Source: Camelus dromedarius (Eukaryota). Taken from it: DNA of 64,000 bases. The translations under genes and the position numbers were made by a program. Below are positions 1 to 11,322 of the stretch, in pieces. The first letter of the stretch is position 1. Each line of letters starts with the position of its first letter. The stretch lies in the NCBI RefSeq assembly GCF_036321535.1, contig NC_087436.1:84942001-85006000 (forward strand), in the 5' to 3' direction. Under the pieces are notes generated by a model. It saw nothing but the letters and a program-made list of their open reading frames with translations, ran no database searches and was not told the DNA's origin.

Positions 1-264
1 GGAGGTAGGGTGGTATTAAAAAATACAGAAATTATACCAAAACAGTTACTGATTCAAGGAGTTCTTTTTGATTCATTAAAGAAATTTTGTGCTTCCAAAA
101 GATTTTATGCAAAAGGGGTAAGATTTAGGCTAAGAAAGTAGCTTATGTGTAATTATGTAATGATAAAACTTGGTTCATTTCTGTATTTAGTCAAGGGTGG
201 ATTGGATTTAGAGATTCTTGAATCCATAAGTCCTTAAGTGTAGAGGTCTTGGGAGGTGAGAGCA

Positions 265-570
265 GTTGCTGGGATTGAGGTCAGATATGGTATTGGAAAC
301 GCTGCCAAAGAGTCTGGACTTAATCCTACAGGCAGTGGAGCTCCTTGAGGGTTTTTAAGTAGGGGAGAGATGGATCAGATTAACATTTAGGTAGACGACC
401 GGTGCGATGAGGTGGGGTTTATATTAGCAGATGAAGGACAACATAGAATTGGAGAACAGCTGGGAGATCAATAAGCAGACCCTGGACCAAAGCAACGATC
501 CTCGGGATACCAATTAGGAGATGAATTCAAGACATTTTATTGGCAACAAATTCAATGAGAAGGGCAAAGG
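265..570 (-). mobile_element. L2 LINE fragment (ancient)
   Basis: Resembles antisense L2 3' region (ggacttaatcctacaggcagtggagctccttgagggtttttaagtagggg...gatcagatt); boundaries approximate. Confidence 0.65.
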
Positions 571-821
571 AGAAATAACAGATATATTTCTAACAATTTT
601 CAATAAAAACAAAACCTTATTTTTCCATGGCATTCCCATCGCTAAATTAATTATGAATCATCAGTGGGTAAAAAAAAATTTCTTGGTAGGTTGAGCAGTG
701 GTTAAGGAGTTGGCCAGCCTGGGACTAGTGAACCATTCTAGTGAGGGAGGTGCTTTGGAGGCACTCTTAGAACCTGATGATCCTTGTGGACTCCAAGGTC
801 TTCCTGGGGATCAGTGACTGG

Positions 822-978
822 TAGTGTTAGATGGAGCCTCAAAGGTCATCTACACAAAGTCTTTCACTTTACACCTTAGTGAATGGAGAACCAGGACAGT
901 TAAATGAATTGCTCACAGTAACATAGTGACGGAAATGGGAGTAGAATCCTAAATTTTGAGCTCTGTTCACGCCACTGG
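822..978 (-). mobile_element. MIR/MIR3 SINE fragment
   Basis: Degenerate antisense MIR core (tttacac...gttaaatgaattgctcacagtaacatagt...ggagtagaatcct). Confidence 0.55.
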
Positions 979-1077
979 GCTGCCCCAACTGTGTGCAGAG
1001 CAAATGAGCCATTGGTTTTTCAACCAAAGATAAGAAACTTGGAGATCATCCGGACCAGTGTTTCTCAACCAAAATCT

Positions 1078-1430
1078 GTACTAGTCAGGGTTTTCCAGAG
1101 AAAGAGAACCAGTAGGGTATATCTACATATCTATATGTAGATTTAGTATAAGAATTGACTCACGTGATTATGGAGGCCAAGAAGTCCAGTAATCTGCCAT
1201 CTGCAAGCTGGAGAACCAGGGAAGCCAGGAATTCAGTCTGAGTCCAGAGGCCTGAGAACCCGGGGGACCAATGGTGTAAGTCCCAGTTGGATTCCAAAGG
1301 ACTGAAAATCAAAGGGCCAGTTATGTAAGGCCTAGTCCGAGTCTGAAGGCCCGAGAACCAGCAATGCCAGTGTCTAAGGCAGAAGATAGATGTTCCATCT
1401 CAAGCAGAGAGATTTTGAATTCCTGCTACT
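1078..1430 (-). mobile_element. MLT2-family ERVL LTR (partial)
   Basis: tgtactagtcagggttttccagagaaagagaaccagtagg...gctggagaaccagggaagcc...ggcctgagaacc matches the reverse of the MLT2 3' end. Confidence 0.85.
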
Positions 1431-2124
1431 CTCCTTTCTCTAGGATAATCCCCCCTTGATTCTTTACTGCTACATCTTTTTCAACATTATAATCATAAAA
1501 AAGTGTTACGATTTTGTACGCGGTTACACTAACATCATCCCCCTTCACTGAGCATCATAGATCCAGGTCAGCATCTCTGCCCCAAGTTTGCTGTCTTCAG
1601 AACAAAGCATCCTTTTTTCCTGAGCATTGAATGGAGCTGGGGCACAGCCTTGTGCGTGTTTGTTTACCATGCTGCTGTTTTAGCACGTGATGTATTCCAA
1701 ACGAAAGACTCATTCAACCAAGCTTCTGTTTTTATACAGTAGTTTGTCCAAATTAATCCTGCTGGGGCTGGCAGATAATGTGAAAGGAAAGTATTTATTA
1801 ACTCTATAAGCCCAAAATTTACTTAAAAAATAATTTGCTTAAAATGATGCATACTTAAAATTTCACACGTTCCCAGATTTTCATGGTAAGAAAAATATCA
1901 GAGCTGAAATTGTTCTACAAGAGATGCATTTGTTTTTATTTTTCAGGAAATCTACCTTTTAACTAATGCCAATTGGCCCGCTTCGATTTTATGTAAAACA
2001 GATATGAAACTTTTGTAATAAGTAAAGAAGTAAGTATTTGATAATATTCATAAAAATGATTAATGTGTTAAGGAAACCTTTTGGTGGAGCCTAGATAAGT
2101 TTCAAAGTCAAAAATATTTACATT

Positions 2125-2546
2125 GAGAATGAATCTAAGGAAAATTAAGTGTCTGTTCATTAGATTAACAGGAGAAAAGCATACAAATTTCTACAAGGTT
2201 TACATGACACAGGAACCCTCATAATGACATAAAGACTCAAAGAAGTGGCAAAATCTAAATACTTTTATACCAGGTTAAACAAAGAGAGGCAATAGTGGGA
2301 AAGTAACTAAAACATATGGGTTGAAGGAAGATGAGTTATTTTAACAAGATCTGTTTGTACAGAATTCTCTCGGCTTTAGCCAAGGGAGGGCATCTTTCTC
2401 AAGAGTTTTCAGTGTCCTATTTTTAGGAAGAAAAGGGGAGATTAGAATGCCCTTCTTGCATATGCTCTTTTTAAGGTATCTTAAGTTTTAAATAATTCTT
2501 ATGCCAAAGTGGCATATTTTGGGGTGGTGTCTTCTATCACCCATCA
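2125..2546 (-). mobile_element. ERV1 solo LTR, MER34-like
   Basis: Ends in aataattcttatgccaaagtggcatattttggggtgg...ca, the reverse of the MER34/MER39-group 5' end. Confidence 0.7.
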
Positions 2547-2650
2547 CTGACCATAAGGATTTTTCCAGAGTGAATTAGATAATGCACGTAAAACTATTAG
2601 ATCAGTGCCCGGCAGAACAACTCTCAGTAAATGGTAGTTGTTATTTTTGT
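2547..2650 (+). mobile_element. MIR 3' fragment
   Basis: gaattagataatgcacgtaaaac...cagtgcccggcag...ctcagtaaatggtagttgttatt. Confidence 0.65.
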
Positions 2651-4904
2651 CACTAATTATAATAAAAACAAATAATCTTGTGCTGTTGAGAGATACATGC
2701 CCATCAAATTAACTTAAAAATGTGCTTATTAACACTGCCTTGTTCATGAAAATGACTGGCTGGTCTATTGCTAGGTTCATAATTTGAAGTTAAAATGCTT
2801 ATTCACAGGGATATGCTGTGATGCTGTTAAAGTTCTTGATGAGGCAGGAGTTGTGGGTGGTTCCATCGGTTGGCAATTGAAGTGCACTTTGTTTCACAAG
2901 CCTGTGTCAAGTGGAAAGCAGAGTTTTTCATTTTCATTATTTTTGGAAAGTGATTTACAAGTGTTTAACAGTCCTTAGAGAAGGCTCAGGGGTACTATAA
3001 TTCCCATATTATTTAAAAAATATTTCTCAGATAAATCTCATGAGACATCACCTTAGTTCCAGGGTGTTGGTAATCCAATAGTTCTAAGTTTTGGGTTTTT
3101 TTTTTTTAATAACTCAAGACAAATAACTTTCTGAAGCTATTTAGGCCATGTGTTCCTAGTCTGCCTATGAATCTTGATGTGCCAGGTTCTCGAGCAATTG
3201 CCTACTTGATCCCTTGGGAGATCTGAAGTGAAAGCATTGATTAGGCTCTTTTGGGCTGAGAGCCCTGTTCAGCTTTGCTGGCAGAAAAGTCTTCATTTTT
3301 TTTCATTAGAGAAATTAGTGGCAGTAGAATCTTGCTTAGAGGCATTTGTTACTATTAGCCTGGTCATGAGCACTGTCTGCTGTCTACTCACAAATTCTGT
3401 TGGTAAGCCGTTCCGGAAGCAAGGGAATGTGCTTGAAATCTGTGTTTGTTTAGAATTTTTAAAATGGATATCTTTGTCAGTACAAGCTGCTAAAATTTTC
3501 TGTATACCTGCTAGGAGAAATCATTCTGTGATAGAGCTGTTTGAATTCAGAGTGGAATGTACTGTAATCTGATTTGAAGATGTCAGGAAATTTCGTGAAC
3601 ATTCTAGTATTGATGAATATCAGTTTAATAGACACACGCTGTGTACTTCTTTACTGAGCCCATGCTGTGGGAACTTGATGGGCTGTAACAGTTATGGCCA
3701 TAGTAAGTGCTGTGCACTCAAATGTCCTATGAAAAAGCATCAGAAATACAGGATGTGGTTTTCTTTTTAAATATTATATTTGATTTATTATTTATGGGCT
3801 AAAAAAGAAAGGTGAGCTCCATTAACCCAGTGACCTTTATTTTTTCCCAAGTGGGATAATTGCATTCTAATGGAAATATAGGAACAGTAGGTATTGTAAA
3901 TACAAACTCCCTGCACAAGTGGGGCTGCTTGCTTCAGCCTCTGAAAGCATCCAGTGGGTTTCAGCATCAATTTATAAGCAGCTCAGATTCTTTACTAAAC
4001 AAAATGGAAAAATGCTGCCAATGTGTTAGCATCAGGAAAATCTAATACTGTTTCTAGTGTTAATCCTGTAAATATATTTAAGTGTATTATGTTCTCTTTA
4101 AAGTAATAATTATCAGTTTCATTGAAGACTGAAATTACAGCCTTACAGTAAGTGTCACTGTGGCATATCTCACATATGGCAGTGGTGTGTTATTTGGGAG
4201 TGCTATGCACATCTTGTGTGAAAACCACAAATTTAAGGCTCCTATTCTGGCCACTCCTCACAGACCTTCTGTAATTTTTGACCTGATCACATCTTCTGAA
4301 TCTTAAGAGACTTCATTTTGAGGACTTCTGGAATCCAGACAGGAGAAGGACGCAGTCTCAGTTCTGCTTTTAGGTCCTTCTTATTCTGGAGTCACAGAGA
4401 GATGCCCAGGGGAGGCTGTCACTGGTTCTCAAATGCTAGTTCATACATCATTGATATTCTCTGACTGTCCCTAGCCTCTCAGAGAGCAAACGAGAAAGAT
4501 ATGGACAGTGTACATTTTTCGCAAAGTTGAATTTATTCAAGTTTTAAAAACAAGGTTCTCTGTATTTTTAGATGATACCCTCCCCCTTCTTTCCTTCCTT
4601 CCTTCCTTTCCTGCTTAAGAATCATTTATTTCATGACATGATGTTGATGGTCCTTGGTGGTTGTTGTTTTAATGTCCTTCCTTGGCACACAAATAGAACA
4701 GAGGTTGCCAGCTGTACATCACATTCTCCCACCACCAAAATAAAAAAAAAAAATTAACCAATCTGAGAGTTCACCAAATCTAGAAACTAGTGTACTTTGT
4801 TAAACTGTTTTGTCTTATATGAGGGCTCAGATCTCAGTGTTGGGAAATGCTTCCTCTCAACTACTGGTTTGCTATTACTGTTTTATATCACCTATCAAAA
4901 CAGT

Positions 4905-5135
4905 GTTGCTTAGTCTTTAAGAGCCTGAGCTGTGAACTCAGGCAGTTAGGGTTCACATTTCAGGGCTGCCTCCGTGAGCCCTGGGCCACTTATTTAATCT
5001 CTTAGAGCCTCAGTTTCTCATCTGTGTAAATAGTGACTATAAACTATTAATTCATAGAGGGGTTATGACCATTAATACATATAAAATGTGTAGAACTGTG
5101 GCTGGCATAGAAGATATATATTGGCATATATGAAT
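4905..5135 (+). mobile_element. MIR SINE
   Basis: MIR core ttatttaatctcttagagcctcagtttctcatctgt and MIR-type 3' tail. Confidence 0.8.
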
Positions 5136-5317
5136 TTTGCAACTAATTGCATTTTCCTTCTTTGTTTTGGTAACAGAATATTTATAGCCAGATTTGCCCC
5201 TATTTAGCCCAAGACTGGGACATGATTGGGTGAAATAAATGGCTGGCCTTGCTTTTTCCATATCTGTATTCTCTCTCCCCTCTGATTCCTCTGATTCCTT
5301 TGATTATATGCATCTTA

Positions 5318-5460
5318 TTTCTTTTGGGGGGGGGAAGTAATTAGGTTTATCTATTTTTTAATTTTTTAATTATTATTTTTAATGAAGGTACTGGAGATTG
5401 AGCCTAGGACCTCATGCATGCTAAACACGTACTCTACCACTGAGCTACACCCTCCTCCCC
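5318..5460 (-). mobile_element. Camelid tRNA-derived SINE (Vic-1 type), long-tail form
   Basis: Reverse reads ggagggtgtagctcagtggtagag...gcatgcatgaggtcctaggctcaatctccagtacc, then A-rich linker and aacctaattacttcccc; TSD attatatgcatctta 5303-5317 / attatgtgcatttta 5462-5476. Confidence 0.9.
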
Positions 5461-6185
5461 AATTATGTGCATTTTAAAAACATCCCACCAATATTGGGGA
5501 TTGGGGTAAGATATAAATAAATTAAATAATTAACTTTAAAAGTCCCGTTTCCTGCATTAAGCCTTCACACGCCTCTTCAGGCTGGAGTGACTTTACCGTT
5601 CTCTGATTTCAGAGCTGCTTTGATTATACAACTCACTTGGCCGTGCATGGACTCTTAGAATATTAGAACAGGAAATGTAAGTGAGTTGGCTGTGGCCATG
5701 AGGTTCTGTGGGACCCCAGGGAGCCGCTGCCCAGGAAGAGGCTGTTGATAGAGCCAAGCCCAAGTGGGAGAAGATCAGAGGAACGAACACAGCTGTATCT
5801 CACAGTGTCAAACACTACTATTTGCTGGACATCTTTTTTAAAAACTGGATTTGTGCTAAGTCTATTACTTACAGTAATATTTAATTCATTTAATTCTCGC
5901 AATAATTCTATTACCTACTATTCTTAGTCCCTTTCACAGATTAAGGAAAAAAGCTAAATATCTTTAAAATTTTTTTCCAGAGCCCAAGACTAATAAGCTG
6001 TTGGACTTCCTAGCCTCATACTCAGAGTCCCTGCCTCTAAACCTCCCACTCCCAACCACTGTGGTATGTCCATTAAGTTATTTCCAGGCAGTGATACATA
6101 AAGTTCCAAAAGATTGCCCTGGAAGGCTTAGAGAGAAAGTTGTGAAACTTCCCAATTTCCAGGATAATTAAAAAGGCCTTTTTGT

Positions 6186-6666
6186 GTCTTGTCTTATATT
6201 TAAGTCTGTAAGCCATTTTGAGTTTATTTTTGTGTATGTTATGAGGGAGTGTTCTAACTTCATTGATTTACATGTAGCTGCCCAGTTTTCCCAACACCAT
6301 TTGCTGAAGAGACTATATTCCATTTTGTGTTCTTGCCTCCAAGACAGAAACAGACTCACCGACATAGAACACAGATTTGTGGTTGCTGGGGGGGAAGGGT
6401 GGGAAGGAATAAACTGGGAGTTTGAGATTTGCAGATACTGACTAGTATATATAAAATAGATAAACAAGTTTGTACTGTATAGCACAGGGAAATATATTCA
6501 ATATCTTGTAGCTTATGGTGGGAAAGAATATGAAAATGAATATACGTATGTTCATGTATGACTGAAGCATTGTGCTGTACACCAGAAATTGACACAACAT
6601 TGTAAACTGACTATACCTCAGTTAAAAAAAAAAAAAAGGGAAAATCTTCTAGCAGCCAAAAAAAAC
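6186..6666 (+). mobile_element. 5'-inverted (twin-primed), truncated lineage-specific L1
   Basis: 6186-6340 is antisense ORF2 C-terminus ([11 protein letters not shown]...[18 protein letters not shown]); 6341-6637 is sense 3'UTR plus poly(A); TSD aaaaggcctttttgt 6171-6185 / aaaaggctttcttgt 6667-6681. Confidence 0.9.
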
Positions 6667-7529
6667 AAAAGGCTTTCTTGTTCATTTGTGCCAAGATTTA
6701 CTGTATAGCGGTCCATCCCGAAATATGCCAGAACATTTGTACAAACCTAGCTTTGTGGCCTGAGTCGCCGTCTTAACCACAGACTTGTACACTCTGTGCT
6801 TACTGTCTGGTTGAATCGTGGACAGAAATGTTTACTTACTATTGTATACACTTCCAATTTTCTGTAATTGAAGGTGGCACGGGGTCCTGAGAAGTAAGCA
6901 GTTGGCATTCCTATGCTGCCTGGTAGCCAAGCTCCTCTCCGGAGCAGTGCAAGTTCATCTCAGGACATAAGCAAGTCCTAGAAGTCAGTGATTGCCCTGT
7001 ATTTGGGAAAAGAGTTTCATGTGTGTGTATCTAGTGCCGTGGTGGGTTCTCTGCTCTAGACAGGCAGTGGAGTGGTCACAGCAGTGTGGCCTTTTGGGGA
7101 AAACAAACACTGTGCTAGAGACTGAGTAGCCATAGGAAACTTGGAAGCCCTTGCTTTGTATTTTGAACATGTGCATTATAGGTTGTCCCTAAAATCAGCA
7201 GTGCCTCTTGTGGTTGCCTAAGAAAGTTGCAGTGGATGTTACAATCGCACGATTTTTTTTTAAACTAGTTTTGTTTTGTTTCTTTGTTGTTTGCTCAGAA
7301 ATTCAGTACATCAGAGCCATTTCAGGTTTTATTGGATTTGGAGTCAGCCGAGGTCCAGATTTTGTAAAGGCTTGTCCCCAACAATCTTAGGAAATTGAGT
7401 GATTTTTGGGATGTATTTTACTCAGTTATTCACAGTACACTTATAGTTTCTAGTCTTGCCGTTACTTCTAATTCAGAAGGAACAACTCATTTAATATAAG
7501 CAACTTATTCAGAAGAAGTCTGAAAGCAC

Positions 7530-7700
7530 TGTAGTGTGGTGGACAGTTTTGCAGTCAGAGAGTGCAGAGTTCTAATCCTGGCTCTGCCACTCACTTGCTG
7601 TGTGATTTAGCCTCTCTGAGCCTCAGAGGGCTCTTTTGGAATTGGGGATGATAAGGCCTGTCATGCAGAATGGGTGCAAAATGAACTTAAGAAAGCAACT
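7530..7700 (+). mobile_element. MIR SINE
   Basis: gagttctaatcctggctctgccactcacttgctgtgtga...cctctctgagcctcag. Confidence 0.8.
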
Positions 7701-7705
7701 CAAGG

Positions 7706-7890
7706 TAGTTATTGAGCTCTTACTGTGTGTCAGGTGTTGTCGAATGAATACCATGATGAACTTGAACTTGCCCTCAAGGAGCTTGTGTTCAAAAGGGAGG
7801 GCCAACCTAACAAGTGATTACAATAAAATAATATGCAGGCCAAGATACGGCGAAGCATGAGGGGCCTCTGGTGCTCAGGGACAGTAAGTA
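7706..7890 (-). mobile_element. L2 3' end
   Basis: ttattgagctcttactgtgtgtcaggtg...ttgccctcaaggagctt. Confidence 0.7.
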
Positions 7891-7903
7891 ATTCAGTTTA
7901 GGT

Positions 7904-8074
7904 CAGTGGTTCTCTGCCTTGACTGTTAATTAGGATCCCCTGGGGAGTTAAAAAAAATACCAGTAGCCTGATATTGACCAGTTAAATCAGGATTTTGAGG
8001 GATATAGTTTGGGGACCAGTAATTTTTCAGTCCTCCAAGTGATTCTCATATGGAGTCAGGTTTGAGAAACACTG
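7904..8074. mobile_element. MER5A-type hAT-Charlie MITE
   Basis: TIRs cagtggttctc / gagaaacactg; 8-bp TSD gtttaggt 7896-7903 / gtttaggc 8075-8082. Confidence 0.85.
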
Positions 8075-8194
8075 GTTTAGGCTATGATCTAAGAGGTTAT
8101 CAGACAACGCTGAACTCTTGAGACTGAAGCCTGCAGGATGGTCCAGAGGTGGCCAAATGTAGAAAGGAGGGAACCATATGCAGAACAAGAATTC

Positions 8195-8250
8195 TGTGTG
8201 TGTGTGTGTGTCTGTGACTGTCTGTCTGTCTGTCTGTCTGTCTGTGTCTG
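8195..8250. repeat. (TG)n/(TCTG)n compound microsatellite
   Basis: Read directly. Confidence 0.9.
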
Positions 8251-8442
8251 TTTAGAGCTGCAGGGGCAATGTAAACGATTTTGTCTGGGTTGAGAGGAGC
8301 CAGAGAAGAGTAGGGCAGGAAAGTTAAACTGGGGCTGGAACACAAGGGTCTTGAATTACATTCTAAAGAAATGCCTTGTGTAAAGGGATTTGTGCTGGTT
8401 TGTGGCAGGTCATCAGTAAATGACAATGATGGCTATTAACTT

Positions 8443-8950
8443 TGTGGACTTAAAAAAAAAAACCTACAACCTAAAAGTTGAGAGTTATGTTTTACTTGGC
8501 AGACTTATTGAGGACTTCAAGCCTGAGATGTAGCCTCTCGGATCGCTCTGAGAGACTGCTCCGAAGAGGTAGGGGAGGAACCAGGATATGTAGGAGTTTT
8601 TGCAACAAAGAGCAGATAGTTAAAACATCAAAAGATTACTGTTAATTAAAGGAAACCAGGTATCTCAAGGAATTTAGCATTTTTCTATATGTGGGAAGAT
8701 GCACAAGTCTGGGCTCTTTGAAACAATTCCTTTGATATGTACCTTAGCTACCTAGGGCCAGTCTCCTGTGCTTCCCATCCTGAGTCCCCTCCAGTTGCAC
8801 CACTGGGGGTGGCTCCAGAGGCTGAGGCCTTGCTTGTCTCCATTCTAAGTTCCCTCCAGCTCACCATCGGGGGCGGCAGTAGTGGCTGATGGGTGATGGC
8901 CACAGTGTCCTTTGTTAACTGATATGGCAGGTGGCGTTCTTAGTCCATCA
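8443..8950 (-). mobile_element. ERV1 solo LTR (MER57/MER41-group-like)
   Basis: TG...CA ends; tgaggacttcaagcctgaga...ctctgagagactgctccgaagaggt; clearly related to the element at 16803-17283. Confidence 0.75.
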
Positions 8951-9067
8951 GTTCTCAGAATCATTTCCATGTAGGGTGGGAGGGGCATTCTATGTCTGCT
9001 CAACTAACTTAATGGAATATACCAGCTGTGTGAGTGGGAAAAATAGGTTGTGGCATCTGGGTGGTGA

Positions 9068-9359
9068 GATATACTTAACAAAAAACTTATTTTAACTATT
9101 TCTAGTTGAACAGCTCAGTGGCATTAAGTACATTCATACTGTTGTGCAATCATCACCACCATCCATCTCCAGAACTTGTTCATCATCCCCAAATGAAACT
9201 CTGTACCCATTAAACAAGAACTCTCCATTCCTCCTTGCCCTGGCCCCCTATTCTGCTTTTTGTCTCTGTATTTTGATTATTCTAGGTACCTTATGTAAGT
9301 GGACTCATACAATATTAGTTCTTTTGTGTCTGGCTTACTTCACTTAGTACAGTGTCCTT
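9068..9359 (-). mobile_element. L1MB-type 3' end
   Basis: cagtggcattaagtacattcatactgttgtgcaatcatcaccaccatccatctccagaac...gaaactctgtacccattaaac. Confidence 0.85.
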
Positions 9360-10041
9360 ACTAGATTTTAATAGGTCTTTTTCTTGGACCTTAAAACTTT
9401 TTAACAGTGGAGGAATAACTTTGATGTTAGGGAGCTCATGATGCTTCAATGTAGCATCATGTGACAAAGCAGTATCTACAATGTGTGCAAAAGTCCCGCT
9501 GGAGTCTCTGTGACAAACATATGAGGGTCCTGGATTATGTGCTACAGTTTATCTCTGTTTCCTCACATGACATGCGGAAAACATAAGGGTAGCTGTTTAT
9601 CCACCTTTTCATGGGTTGTTGTTCTCTATTTTTCTATCCATCATATTTTTTGTTGTAACTCATCACTGTAGACTGTATATACCTGAGGTGAGTAATAGAC
9701 AAATACAGTGGACTTTTAGATGTCTCTTTTCTTCCCGCTGGATAGTATGTATAAATAGGAAGTGATTTTTAAACAATCTCAGTTTGTGTTTATATTAAAG
9801 CAGGAACAAATTGCTTCTTCACAGCCTGTGTTATAATGAACAGTCCAATTACATGACTGATCTATTTTCATAATTTTCTGCCCTCCAAAAATCTTTATGA
9901 ATAGCTGCTCAAAAGGACAGAAAGCACTTGGCATAATAGTCATATGAAAAGTCATCACACCTCACCAGCAGCTTACTCTTCTGGAAAGAACCTGAATTCT
10001 TTCTTTTTTTCCTCTTATCTTAATTTTTCCTTTCTTAAAAT

Positions 10042-10145
10042 TTTATTTATTCAAAAAATATTTCTCAAGTTCCTAGTATATGTCAGGCACTGCATTAGGG
10101 CCCATAATAAAATAGGTAGGGTGTCTATCCTTGTATGGTCTAATG
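10042..10145 (-). mobile_element. L2 3' tail
   Basis: ttatttattcaaaaaatattt...tatgtcaggcactgcattagg. Confidence 0.6.
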
Positions 10146-11207
10146 GGTTTGTTATCAGTTATTGATTTATATAGTTGATTTCTGATTCACAGTCATCTAG
10201 TGCTAAATACACAGAATATTAAGTGGATCATGTGTTCTTACATGTTTCTTTTTTTGTAACATGAGAGGGTAGAGCCACTTAAGGGGCTCTAGCTAAATGG
10301 CTGCCAAGATGTCCCACCAGATGGTGAAATTCCTGCCACCTGGGTCTGATGTTAGATTTGTGGTTTCACAAGTTTATAGGCCAGTGCCTGGTGAAGTACC
10401 TCCCAATACAAGGGGAGAAGACAGACTCATGTTGGCTTATGGGAGAACCGTGTAAATCCAAATGTTGATTTATTAATTTTGATGAGGAATATCCCTTTCC
10501 AGTCACAAAATATTCATTTTTATCATTCAATGAATTCTTCCTGTGTCAGGGTAACTGAGAGGCTGAATTCATGATCAAAGGGATACTTAGTGAAGACAAA
10601 ATTGAAGTAAAGGTCTGTAGGTGGTCTTGAGGGATCTTTTATCCACACTAAGGGGATGCCGAGTATAAATCCATACCTTGTCCCTGAGAGCACCTGGGGA
10701 GGGAACCAGCTGTATCCTCTGAGCCTGTGTCTGGCCGGTGATGGGTACTTTCTGCTCTTTCTTTTCTAAGCCCTTGTTCCTTGTGTTTCTAGGCTGATTA
10801 CTGTTCTGAGTGACACATTCCCTCATCACATACGCTCACATCATCAAGACTGAGTTACAGTCAGATCATGCTCTTAATTTAGCCATTCTATCTCTTTAAA
10901 GTGATTTTGCTTATCTCTGATCTCATCCATGATGGGTTATGATTGCTGGGCAAACTCTTTAGAGTTCTAGGACTCTTCTTGTACCTGTATCTAATAAAAT
11001 TGTTCTCTTCGCCTCCACCCATCACTGCATTCAAACAAGTGCTGTGTTTCTTTAGAACAGAAACATTATCCTTACATAATCCATGAGGGTTTTTTGTTGT
11101 TGTTGTTAGGCCTTTCCATTCCTTTATCTATATAATCCATTTCTACTGTATTTGCCTACCAACTACATTTTTTTGGTGTGTGAAACATAGTGTAATTTAA
11201 TATATAT

Positions 11208-11322
11208 ATTTTTAACTGAAGTATAATCAAGTCACAGTGTTTGTTAATTTCTGGTGTTCAGCATAGTGATTCAGATATACACATATATTCCTGTTCATAT
11301 TCTTTTTCACTATAGGCCATTA
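11208..11322 (-). mobile_element. Short lineage-specific L1 3' end
   Basis: tttttaactgaagtataatc...tttctggtgttcagcatagtgattcag. Confidence 0.8.
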
